From Octopus vulgaris (taxonomy: Eukaryota): a stretch of DNA of 64,000 nt. This document shows positions 51,898-64,000 of the stretch, in pieces; the stretch's first letter is position 1; the number at the start of each line of letters is the position of its first letter. Both the position numbers and the translations under genes were made by a program. The notes below the pieces were generated by a model. It had not been told where the DNA came from. It did not search any database and was given only the letters and a program-made list of their open reading frames with translations. The DNA lies in assembly GCA_951406725.2 (NCBI GenBank), contig OX597830.1, positions 36,766,001-36,830,000 of the forward strand, given 5' to 3'.

Positions 51898-52312
51898 GGA
51901 CCTTTTCAGTTTGAACGGCAGTTTTTAACATAATTTCCAAGTAACTAAAAAATTTTAAACATCGTATATTGATAGAATGTGTTTATAAAACATCATTTTC
52001 TCTTGGCTTTATTGAGAAAATTCTATAGTTTGTAAGATATTTGTTGTTTTTTTCTTCAATTTCTGCAATTTCAACCAATCAATGACGTCCATTGAGGTAA
52101 AAAACATTCTGTGCCGTATGAATATGTCCCTCGTTTAAGAAACAGATTGGGTTTATTTACATTTGTGAAGAAAAAAAGATACCCTTCCCCCACCCCTAAG
52201 CCTAACCCTAAAATAGATTGAAATGCAATAGATCGATTCTAGGGTCATAATTATGGGTGACAATTTCATATGACACCGCTAGAAAAAACTGCCGTTCAAA
52301 CCGAAAAGATCC
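51898..52312. mobile_element. Non-autonomous DNA transposon (MITE), Merlin-like
   Basis: 28-bp TIRs ggaccttttcagtttgaacggcagtttt / aaaactgccgttcaaaccgaaaagatcc, GG termini, perfect 8-bp TSD caaaggtt (51890-51897, 52313-52320). Confidence 0.9.
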
Positions 52313-52610
52313 CAAAGGTTGAGACAGTTACGGCTGGAAGACTATTGATCAGATATCTGCCCGACCAAGGATGAGCTGGAATAAACAACCGCGACAGGTC
52401 AACGGCTCTCTAGACGTTTACCAATCATTCATTGGTGTCCAGCAGCAATCTTTTAAAAACTTGTTAAATAATATCTCTTTATTTTGGAGAACAGAAAAGT
52501 TGTACAGCTAATATCTTTTTCTTTGAAGCATTAGTAGCAATTATAAAATAAAATGCATTCATGAATTTGTGTTGCACGATTCTTGGTGTGAAATTGCGTG
52601 TTGAAACAGA

Positions 52611-52960
52611 TATTGCTATATTTCGTGACGGTCATTTTCCTTTTGTCCTTTCCAAATAAACACACGCACTATAGATTCGTTCCTCACTCGTTTATTACTG
52701 TTCTTATTTTAGCTCATGTCCATTTTTCCGGAAATCTTTCGTCACACATCTGTGACCTCTCCAGCGACAATTTCCGTCCTCGTGTATGCTCCTGCTCCGT
52801 TTAGTCGATTCGCTGAAGAGGTTATTGATGCGTGACGCAAGATTTCCGGAGAATGGACATGAGTTAAAATAACAGCAATAAACGAGTGAAGAACGAATAT
52901 ATAGTGCGTGTGTTTACTTGGCATAACAGAAAAAATGACCGTCCCGAAATATAAGCGATA
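52611..52960. mobile_element. Fold-back element with two divergent hammerhead motifs
   Basis: Arms 52611-52767 and 52809-52960. Minus: tcg CTGGAGA g gtcac..gtgac GAAA gat TTC cgg. Plus: ttcg CTGAAGA g gttat..gtgac GCAA gat TTC cgga. Confidence 0.82.
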
Positions 52961-53059
52961 AAATAAAATAGACTCACTGGAAATTGAAGTTGGACCGCCT
53001 GTTCCAACAATCCAGAGGGAAATTATAGCTCGACAAAGCTCTCTAATCTTTTAACAGAT

Positions 53060-53275
53060 ATCGGTTTAAAATTTTAGTACTAGGCCAGCTATTTCGGAGA
53101 TGGAAGTAAGTCGATTACAGCGCCCCCAGGGTTCAACTGGTACTTCTTTTATTGACACCCGAAAGGAAAAGCTCACCTCGGTGGAATCTGATCTCAGAAT
53201 ATAAAGACAGACGAAATGCCGCTAAGACAGACGAAATGCCCGGTGCGGTAACGGTTCTGCCAGCACACCGCCTTC
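53060..53275 (-). mobile_element. Degraded SINE A
   Basis: caactggtactt...cccgaaagga...cctcggtggaat...ggttctgccagc. Confidence 0.75.
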
Positions 53276-53923
53276 AACTTCCGATAAATATTGATGTAGC
53301 GATGAAATATTCATACGTCTTTATTAGTATTTCATTCTTCAAAGAAAACATTTCTTATTTCCCGACGTTAATGACAGCTCTGACTACTATTTATCTTAGA
53401 TTTTTCATTCGTAATATTGCAAATATTTGCTAACGTATAGAATATATTACAATTTCGATCCCAGTTTACTCATGCAGTGCTTTCGTAACTATTATTAAGT
53501 TATTTAACATTTCTACAATTTCGTTTTGTCTACAGCAATCGTTCAACTATCAATATTACATTATATACTTTGTATTTATTCATATCTACATAACAAATAC
53601 AGACAGTTGGCTGAGACGATCGACATCTCTCACTAGCAAAATCTTTTTTCATATTTCCGCATAATATGAAATATAAAACGATTTGTTTTTATCCTACAAG
53701 GCCTTCCAACAGTTACATTTATAACAAAATGATCTTTAACGTAGGCTTAAAGTCATATTTCGGGGAAGAATTTTCTAGATGATATCTTGACTGGTATCTA
53801 TTTAATAATCTCCGGTTTCATAAAAGTGGGTTATGACGACGTCGTCGGGCGGGTTAGAACTCAGAACGTAAAATGACGTATCTGAATATTGCAAGGTATC
53901 TTTTTCAGTGAATGCTGATTGTA

Positions 53924-54140
53924 CGAGGAGGTGCTGAAAAGTCCCTGGCTTTAAAAGTATCGTGGAAGGCTTCGATGGAGGCGCAGCCTTTCGTGTTCTT
54001 TTACAGGGCTTAGAAAAACTGAATGACCGCTGCAATAAATGTGCGAACCTGAGAGGAGGATATGTTGAATAAAATCATAATTAACTGATCCTCCTGTATT
54101 TTCTTTTACCCAAAGCCAGGGACTTTTCAGCACTCTCTTT
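53924..54140 (+). mobile_element. Mariner-derived MITE retaining the transposase C-terminus
   Basis: TIRs gtgctgaaaagtccctggcttt / aaagccagggacttttcagcac, TA at left; GLEKLNDRCNKCANLRGGYVE*. Confidence 0.88.
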
Positions 54141-54316
54141 GAACTATATTCTGCCTTAATAATAGCTTTTAATATTGGTACAAAACCACACACACATATA
54201 CACGACGCATACACACACACACACGTGCACACAGATGTATACACATATAAAGAGAAGGGTATAACCAATTTATTCCGTCTAAAGATGAATGTTTGGATGT
54301 ACGCTTTTATTTCGTG

Positions 54317-54358
<42 letters not shown>

Positions 54359-55544
54359 TTGATTGTAGATATATTATACACACTTGATTGTAGATATATA
54401 TATATATATGTATTAGTAGACGTCTGCATATTTATATTATTACATATTTATATATTTATACAAATGCATCTTGATAACTGATATACTGATGCCGATATCA
54501 ATCACCTAAAACTTTTGAAGTTGGTGCCGCATAATGACCGAAGTTCAGTGACTGAAATCAGTAAAACAAATGAAGACTATTGTAATATATTCATAGACAT
54601 ACGATGCGGTTAGTACTGACTTTAAACGAACCTAGATCTATCTACTCCATTGTTGGTTGTTCGACTCAATTTTACGAACAGACAAAAAACAACGTAATAA
54701 AAACTATAAAATCAAAATAAAAACAGTCTGATGTTTCCCCAATTTAAATATAAAGTTAACCAGTTTAATAAAGAAAAACAATAAAAAAAATATCCTGGCG
54801 TGATGCGAATTTAGTTTTTACATATTATTTTTTCTTGTTTCAGCAGTGTTTATGTTTCGAGTGAAGTGTATATTAAGTATGAAAAACGAGAGTCGTTCAC
54901 CACGTAGCAGGAACACAATGTTTTCCAAGAGTACGGGGGACAAATTTCTAACAAAACACCTCAGACATTAATAGATACCTTAATGTCTTGATGCATTATT
55001 CACCATATATCTATAAATGTGTCAGTGTTATATTATTTCAAAATGATGGATGTCCCTTCTTCCACAAAATGGTTTCTTTATTCGTCTGTCACTAACTTCT
55101 CTAAAGTTTCTAAATATATAGAGAGCTGTTCAATTCAGAAACAAATTTGTTAAAAACTTATATTTATCTATCTGTCTGTCTGTATACATGACATATACAT
55201 CGACATATATACATATAGACACACACACACACACACACACACAGGCATTTGTATTTATCTACATATATATATAAATGCATTTAGGTACACACACACACAT
55301 TGAAAGAGAGAACAGAACCCATGCCTACAGCTGAGTATTTATATTATTGAATATGAGGTCGGGAAACTACATCAGTTATTTAAATACCTAGAATTTTGTT
55401 GCTAGAGTGCTTGTCAGTATGGGTATCTGAAAACCACTTATAATGAATAGATAAACTCATACATAGACGCGTACATATGTATATATACAAATATGTATAT
55501 ATAAATATATGTATACATTTACGTTATATATATATATATATAAT

Positions 55545-56620
55545 GAATACCACAAGTTATTTAATCAACTTCATCTGTACTGATTACACGAAATTGACCT
55601 TTACACTGTACAACGGTACAGAAATTTGGAATTGGTCACATTCACAACACGAACTGGCCCGATAGGAAGAAATCATAACAACACCAATGTAAACTTTCGA
55701 AGAATTTGGCTTAAAATTTGCGCTAAATACAAATCTAAAGATAGTTAATTTTCCAGAAGCAACAACATTTGTACTATAAGCTCAAAGAAGAAGAATATAT
55801 TAAGTGAAGTGCTCCGCTCACCGACCTGTGATATTATAATAGCATTACGGGCAATATTAGCATTTGTATAGAAACTGTCATGGAACTGATAAATATTCAT
55901 CAAAGCTATCCCATTCTCAATCAGAACCCTTGCTAGCAGTGGTCTCAATGCCAAGCTGATATACATAGAGCAATCTTCAAAAAATAACACCAAACATAAA
56001 ATACAAAAACTCTTGGTTAACCATCCTAGTGTTCTAAATGTAACAACGAGTGTAGCGAAAATCTTCCTGTCACAAGTAAGCATTTCCCTGCGTCATACAG
56101 ATATAACAAGATATTTAGAAAAAAATTCTATTACGTGCAGTTATAGATAATTAAGAAAATTAAATATCTAACTACAAACAAACAGTTTATATAAGCCAGA
56201 GAAATGATCTAGCTTCAATGCAATTTTAGAGACTGGGCTAATTGCCAAGTAATATATTCTGTCAGTGGATGTACTATAGCGGGTTGACGAAGAATCGGTA
56301 GACCGTTGAGTAAAAACGTGTATTGGTTTGACCGGAAGCATTTTTAATGTTAGATTCAAACAACACTTTCATTACTTCCAGAAAAATGTGAATATTAACA
56401 AGACTTTTGAAATGTATTTTGTTTCTGAAAGATAGGAGAAAGCAAATTCGCCATAAAATATACAATTTTGCTTAGGCGAAAGCTGTACAACAGGTGTAAT
56501 AGCCACTGAAAAAGTCAAGACCATAACTTATCCAGGTTGTATTTTGAGCAAAAGAGAGATAACTTTGTTATACCTACATGTAATGAAATTTAAGCGTCAA
56601 ACCTTCAAGTACGTTTCTGT
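55545..56620 (+). mobile_element. Penelope-like element fossil (RT C-terminus, linker, GIY-YIG)
   Basis: Across frameshifts: FEEFGLKFALNTNLKIVNF, IF.KAIP....LASSG.N.KL.Y, LNVTTSVAKIFL, KHFPASYRYNKIF, CIGLTGSIFNVRFKQH, TEK..TITYP...LSKR; order matches PLE RT then GIY-YIG. Confidence 0.75.
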
Positions 56621-56794
56621 ACCAGAATATTTCGAGTTTGAGAAAGGCTTAACACCCGATGTTCAGCTGATTCACGTAACATAGGACTGCATATGCAGAT
56701 TCAGGTTAAAGTATTAACGCTTAACAGAAAAGTTTAGTTCACAGGATTATCACTTCTCGAGTAAAATATGTCTCTAAGTGTGCCATGTGACACA

Positions 56795-56954
56795 AGGCAC
56801 AGGCGTGGCTTTGTGGTATGTTTTCTTCCCAATCACATGACTCTGGGTTCAGTCCCGCCGTGTGACACCTTGGGCAAGTGTTTTCCACTATAACCTCGAG
56901 TCTACCAAAGCCTAGTGTGTGTATTTAGTAGACGGAAATTGAAAGAAGCCCATC

Positions 56955-57007
<53 letters not shown>

Positions 57008-57312
57008 AGTGTGTGTGTGTGAGAGAGAGAGTGTGTGTGAGAGTGTGTCTGTGTGTGTGTGTGTGTGAGAGAGAGAGTGCGTGTGTGTCTTTGTGTGTGT
57101 TTGTGTCTGCGTTTGTCCCCTCCTCACTGCTTGACAACTGGTGTTGCTGTTTTTACTTTACTATGCCTTAGTGGTTCGACAAAAGAGATCAATACAATAA
57201 GAACTAGGCTTAAAAGAGAATAAGTGCTGGGGTGGATACATTCGACTAAAAACCGTTCAAGGCGGCACCTCAAAATGGCCGCAGTCTAATGGCAGAAACA
57301 AGTAAAAGACAG
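56795..57312 (+). mobile_element. Full-length SINE B with expanded TA/TG/GA core
   Basis: Head, internal microsatellite 56957-57105, tail ggccgcagtctaatggcagaaacaagtaaaag. Confidence 0.9.
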
Positions 57313-57667
57313 CGTAAAAGCGTGGGGACGAAGGAACCACAAATTTTTTCTCAATGAACTCAAGCAAAAAATCATTTACTACTAAAATATTTCACTCTCA
57401 TTCATTCAATTGTTGCCACTTGCAAAATAGTTTCTCAAATGGAGAAAATGTTTACAAGTTACTTACGTATTCCGTTTTAAACAATGAAACGGTGAGGTAT
57501 AGCCGCTCTATAGGATACAGACTAATTTTTGATTATAGAACATAATGTCGTCTGACAGATTGTATTAATGTTAAACTTAAAGTAACAACAAATGACATTA
57601 AACCGAATGAATATAATTATCCTCTACATAATGTATTGAATACTTTCTTGTGTTTGTTATAAACAAC

Positions 57668-58256
<589 letters not shown>

Positions 58257-59149
58257 TGGTATATAGTTATATATCATGGCGCAGGAATATACGTATAATA
58301 TTGTATTTATATTACTTACGTGCAGAATACTTATGAATATATATACGTACGTATCTATATATAATTACGGGCATATATCCAGTCATATAAAAGATTCATG
58401 AAATAATGTTTCTGTGCATTGTCAAGTTAAGACCAGTTGAAGAAAGGGTTATCAATTTCGTTGACATTATAAGTTGTATTTAGGAAATGCATACATTAAA
58501 TGCAGCGATTGTTACGGCCAGCAGAATCTGACGATTATACGCACGAACACACATATATATACATACATATCTGTGTGTGTGAGTGCATATGTATATTTAC
58601 ACACAAATATTGACGTATATAAAATACTATACAAGTTATATTCTTGCCTTATTGAAATTATCTTCTCTTCAAATGAAATCTGAAGAAATACTTTGGTACA
58701 AATCTGATTACCTGCAGATGAAGTGAGCACATAATATTGAGAAGAAAAGAATTTCCGAAATTTATTTGCATCAAAAAGAAAGGCAGTCTGAATGTCTGCA
58801 GACAAGCGGACAGCTGTGGACACGAGTCCTACTCTGTTTCACATTATCTCTGCAATGCTTGTCATTCGAATGTTGGTAGCTACAACTATTCGGATAGAGA
58901 ATAATAATTCTTTATAATTTTGACATAGGGACAGCAATGTAAAGGAAAGGGGACGTCGATTATATCGTCTCCAGCATTCATCTGATACGTATTTCATCGG
59001 TCCCAGAATAATGAAAGGCAGAGTTGACCTCGGTAGAATTTGAACTCAGAACGTAAGGCCGGAATAGATGCCGTGAAGCATTTTACAATAATTATAAAGA
59101 GCTTTTTGAGTACAACGATCAGGCGTACTACAACCCGTAGATTAATTCC

Positions 59150-59313
59150 AGGAGTTGTTGTGTGGAAGGTGCAGGAGAAGCTGCTTACCAACAACATAGT
59201 TTCGGGTTCGGTCCCACTGCGTTGCACCTTGGGCAAGTGTCTTCTACTATAGCCTCGGGCCGACCAAAGCCTTGTAAGTGTATTTGGTAGACGGAAACTG
59301 AAAGAAACCCGTC

Positions 59314-59348
<35 letters not shown>

Positions 59349-59590
59349 TCTATGTATGTATGTTTGCGTGTCTGTATTTGTCCCCAACCCACCATTGCTT
59401 GATTGACAAACGATGTTGGTGTGTTTACGTCCTCGTAACTTAGCGGTTCGGCAAAAGAGACCGTTAGAATAAGTATTGGACTTACAAAAAGAATAAGTTC
59501 TGGGGTCGATTTTTTTTCTACTAAAGGCGATGTTCCAGTATGGCCACAGTCAAATTACCGAAACAAATAACAATAAAATAATAAAAGAAT
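59150..59590 (+). mobile_element. Full-length SINE B
   Basis: All modules present. Confidence 0.92.
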
Positions 59591-60096
59591 GTGAGTAGCT
59601 TAATAAGCAATTGGCTTATTTCAGAAAGGCTGACCGCTCTACAGAACTAAAACGTCTGCAACTTAAGGCATAAATTAGATATTCGCGTTTCTTTCTTTCA
59701 TGCTGCTAATTATCTAGAACTAACATTTGTTGCTTTTATCATTATTTAGCTCCATGTAAGTCATGATCGAACAAACCTTTATACCCATTGTATTTCTGCC
59801 ATAACTATCCGAGTATTTTTATTTTATCAGTGTTAGTACTGTCCAATGTAACGTCCGTCAAACCAACGTTGGAACGTCTACTGTTGGGTGACGTGCTTAA
59901 AATACCAGCCAAATCGCCTTCAACCCCTGCTCTATTGTTTTGAAACAGATTTCATTGGATAATATGATTATGAGATTTATGCATTTACAAAGGATATAAA
60001 CATGTTGGTCACGTCTGGAATATCTTTGCTCACATGTCTTCTCGATTAAGGTTTATCTTCAGATAAACAACGATAACTCAAAAGCAGCAACAACAG

Positions 60097-60462
60097 TGGA
60101 GGCGCAATGGCCCAGTGGTTAGGGCAGCGGACGCGCGGTCGGAGGATCTCGGTTTCGATTCCCAGACCGGACGTTGTGTGTGTTTATTGAGCGAAAACAC
60201 CTAAAGCTCCACAAGGCTCCGGCAGGGGGGTGGGGTGGCAACCCCTGTTGTACTCTTTCGCCCCCAACTTTCTCTCACTCTTTCTTCCTGTTTCTTGTCC
60301 CCGACTTCCTACGCAACCGCTGAGCCTGGATGCGCATTCATCCATCCGTCGATGCTCTCGGTGTCGGGGGTTGACCTGCTTTCTCTTCTGCGGGTCATAC
60401 GAATAGCAAAGGACCACGTTTCGGACTTCTTGCGAGCTCTGGGATGAGGACCGTTCGCTCAT
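60097..60462 (+). mobile_element. SINE C variant with an alternative 3' half
   Basis: Matches C to ~60296 (cttcctgtttct), then unrelated; TSD cagcaacaaca on both sides. Confidence 0.88.
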
Positions 60463-60927
60463 CAGCAACAACAATAACAGCATGAACATATTCTTTATCA
60501 AAGAAGGACAGGATGTGATTTAAGGAAGAACTGGCTGCTATATCTAACAGGCCAATCATATTCTCTTACGGATCCCCCTCATTCACTCGATTAGTAGTGA
60601 CATATTACATTGCAAAAACGAAAGAGTATTAATTGCAATCAGACAGAGGTAAAGATAAATTAAGTGAATTTTGTGGATATCTGGTACGACTAGAGATGCT
60701 CTAGATCGATAGAAAACAAAGGTGCTACTTCCGCTAAATAACTATCGTAAAAAAAAAAATGTGTTTGGGTTTTTATCATTTTTGCTATTTCATCTCTGTG
60801 AAAAACAAATTTTATATTTATCAGCACAAATAAACACCCATGCACGCGTGCGCGTGCACACTCACACTCACAAAACACTCAGCAAACGCATCTAACATAT
60901 TGCAAACAAAAAAAAAAAAGAAAAAGA

Positions 60928-61061
60928 AAACGCACCACACTTAAGTATTGAAATAAAAACATAATACAGATACGCATGTAATATATAGATGTATATATGT
61001 ATATATATATATATATTTACACACACACACACCCACGCACACCCACACGCACCCACCCACC

Positions 61062-61095
<34 letters not shown>

Positions 61096-61260
61096 CACAT
61101 ATATATCTATTTAAACGCACCACACTTAAGCATTGAAATAGAAACATAATACAGATACGCATGTAATATATAGATGTATATATGTATATATATATATTTA
61201 CACACACACACACACACACACAAACACATATATATATATATACACATATATATCTATTTA
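60928..61260. repeat. Local tandem duplication (~185-bp unit) containing microsatellites
   Basis: aaacgcaccacacttaag(t/c)attgaaata(a/g)aaacataatacagatacgcatgtaatatatagatg at 60928 and 61113. Confidence 0.9.
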
Positions 61261-61335
61261 TTTATAAAATTATGTATATATATGAGTACATTTATGCACA
61301 CATTCATAAACATATATATCTATATATATATGCAT

Positions 61336-61395
<60 letters not shown>

Positions 61396-62258
61396 GCATG
61401 TATGTATGTATATGTATGAATTTAAACAATTATATATAAAGGCTGAATGTGTACATGCACACATATACATACATTTAAATGCCTAATTTTGGCATATATG
61501 CACACACATATATGTACATACATATACATACATATATACACATATAAGCCACACACGCTCACATATATATTATATTTAATGCACACAAGGAAACACACAC
61601 TCACACACACGCACACACACACACACTCACACTCACACACACATATTGACAGATTCATACATCGAACTGCTCTTTGATGAAGACTGCCTACATAACAAGA
61701 AAGACAAAACATTAGTTGATCGATCATTCATATAGACTGCCGTCTCGGAATGCATTTTGAGATGTGGTCTGAAAAATGATATTGATAACTTTAAATACAT
61801 CTGTAGCCATTCCTGCTGATGCTAATTGCACTACGGTATTGCGGCTCAATGCAGGAGACATGAATTCTTGCAGAGTTGTACGGGGTTATGATAATTCATG
61901 ATTTGATTTTCATGCATGCATTTAATGCGGCAAAATTCAGACCGGCCTCTATGTTGATTAATCTTGTGGTTATGCTTTTCAATAAGCTAGCTTGTGCTCA
62001 GAAATACATGTCACGATAATGTATGCATGTTTGTATTCATATATACAACCCTTCCCCCCACATACACACATGCATATATATATATATATATGTATGTATA
62101 TGTGTGTTTATGTATATACGTATTTGAGTGTGTGCGCCTGTGCATGTGTATTATATGTGTATAGATGGATGCATATACGCTTCAAGTTAATTTTTAGATT
62201 CAGGTGGCTACTCGAATACATACATACATACATACATACATACATACATACATACGTA

Positions 62259-62400
<142 letters not shown>

Positions 62401-63294
62401 AATATGTGTCTATCCATGCATATAAATATATACACGTTTATATTGCTCGATGGCCTTTGATGAGAATAACATGGAACATATGCAAGATACTGTTACATAA
62501 TCATTATATTCATGACGTGTCTGAACCATATATTGTTGAAACGACCGTAATGAAAGAATAAATGTAATATTAACACTGTAACGTTTATCTATTTACGTTG
62601 CTTTGAATTACCTATCATCTTGTAGCTTCAATATTTTAATGATACCAGTTGCGTATGGAGGTCGATCAAATCGACTGGCCTCCTCCCCCAAAATTTTGAT
62701 GATGTGATTGTTTATTTTAAGAATGATATTATATGTTTGAGTGGTACGTGTGATAGGGTGGATCTGGCCGGTTTGACCATAAAACTGATTGAATATTTGG
62801 GTTTGATATCGCCGGTTTAAAATTGTTAAAGGTTAAATGGGACCCACACTCAGAAAGTGAAGGGAAATAACTAATTATTGTAAGTTTTGTTTTCGATTTT
62901 ATAGTTCCCATATTTACCATTTACTGCCAAAATGTTACTGATTTTTAACACTAGTACATGGTCAAGATATTTTAAACTCTGACGACTGGTATTTAATGAT
63001 GAACAAGCAAAAATCGAAAAGATGAACAAGCAAAGTCGAGAAGGAAGAGAGAAAACTTTAATGCATTTTATCCTGACAATTCTCTGCTCTCTAACCTAAA
63101 TACTGATATCTTGTTTAGTTTAATGCCTGAGCAATTTCGTTTGGAAGGAATGGAATGAAATTGTATGGCGTTCGTGCCTTTTCCAAAGATAATAGATGTG
63201 TCTTTGAAAGGATTCAAACAGAGAGAGAGTAATTCGTGGAATCGACCCAAGAGACGTTATATATTGGTCATAGGCGTTCGCCATTTCAAAGAAA

Positions 63295-63665
63295 ATGTGG
63301 TTGTGTAGTAAGAGGATTGCTTCCTAACCACATGGTTCCGGGTTCAGTCCCACTGCGTGGCACTTTAGTCAAGTATTTTCTATTACAGTCTCGGGCTGAC
63401 CAAAGCTTTGTGAGTGGGTTTGGTAGACAGAAACTGTAAGAAGCCCGTGTGTGTGTTTGTGTGAGTCTTTGTGTTAATGTTGTTCTCCCACCACTTCTTG
63501 TCAACCGGTGTTGGTGTGTTTACGGTCCCCGTAAGGTAGCGGTTCGACAAAAAGAAATCGACAGAATAGGAACCAGCCTTATACTGGGGTCGATTCATTG
63601 GGTTAAAATTTCTTCAAACCTGCGCCCCTGTATGACCACAGTCTAATGACTTAAACAAGTAAAAA
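63295..63665 (+). mobile_element. SINE B copy
   Basis: Head and tail motifs, short TG core. Confidence 0.88.
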
Positions 63666-63809
63666 AAAATATATAAAAATATGATACAAAAATATTAGAC
63701 CTCTGAATGGTGGCTCAACTTTCTAGAAATACCATCCAAAGTCCCTCAAATCATATTCTATTGTCTTAAGCAAAGTAAAGCAAACTGGATAAAGTAGTCG
63801 AATATAATA

Positions 63810-63985
63810 ATCTTTTCTATAATAGGGATTAGGCCTGACATTTTGGGGAAGTGGGCTAGACAATGTCATCAACCCAGAAAGAATGAAAGTTAACCCCGGA
63901 AGAATATGAATTCAGAATGTAAAGACGAACGGAATATCGCTTTGCATTTTGTCTGGCGCGCTAACGATTCTGCCTGTTCGCTATA
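63810..63985 (-). mobile_element. Degraded SINE A
   Basis: aggcctgacattttgggg...gctaacgattctgcc. Confidence 0.75.
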
Positions 63986-64000
63986 TCAGTAATACTAATA

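Noticed and set aside
52195-52211. Interstitial telomere or telomerase RNA template
   Set aside because: Only ~3 imperfect units, internal to a MITE.
58512-58823. 103-aa minus-strand ORF with an internal CAG|GTAATC site
   Set aside because: No strong acceptor, the ORF runs into low-complexity sequence, and no homologous motif is recognisable.
62506-62562. ttcat GACG...GAAACGACCGTA atgaa...AATAAA, decayed hammerhead
   Set aside because: Stems I and III are plausible but the core lacks CU and A9 and stem II does not pair; not counted.

Overview
AT-rich, repeat-saturated eukaryotic non-coding DNA, probably intronic or intergenic. The SINE families and the microsatellite load resemble octopod cephalopod genomes (from recall, not a search). 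I found no intact host protein-coding gene, rRNA, true tRNA gene or CRISPR array; most of the longer listed ORFs are microsatellite artefacts or transposon relics. Content: three abundant tRNA-headed SINE families (here A, B, C) plus chimeric variants; fossil LINEs (RTE-like, CR1/Jockey-group, and R4/Dong-like copies sitting in (TAA)n); fossil hAT and mariner transposons; a Merlin-like MITE with a perfect 8-bp TSD; a possible solo LTR; and Penelope-like element (PLE) relics. The most notable signal is about ten type-I hammerhead ribozyme motifs from at least seven unrelated sequence families. Two have fully canonical cores (21695-21790, 25163-25219). Six sit as back-to-back sense/antisense pairs in three fold-back elements, two of them abutting (TA)n. 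A second unexplained signal is a set of minus-strand exon-like segments (38.6-44.3 kb), one of which holds a 143-nt rod-like hairpin spanning two in-frame stops.
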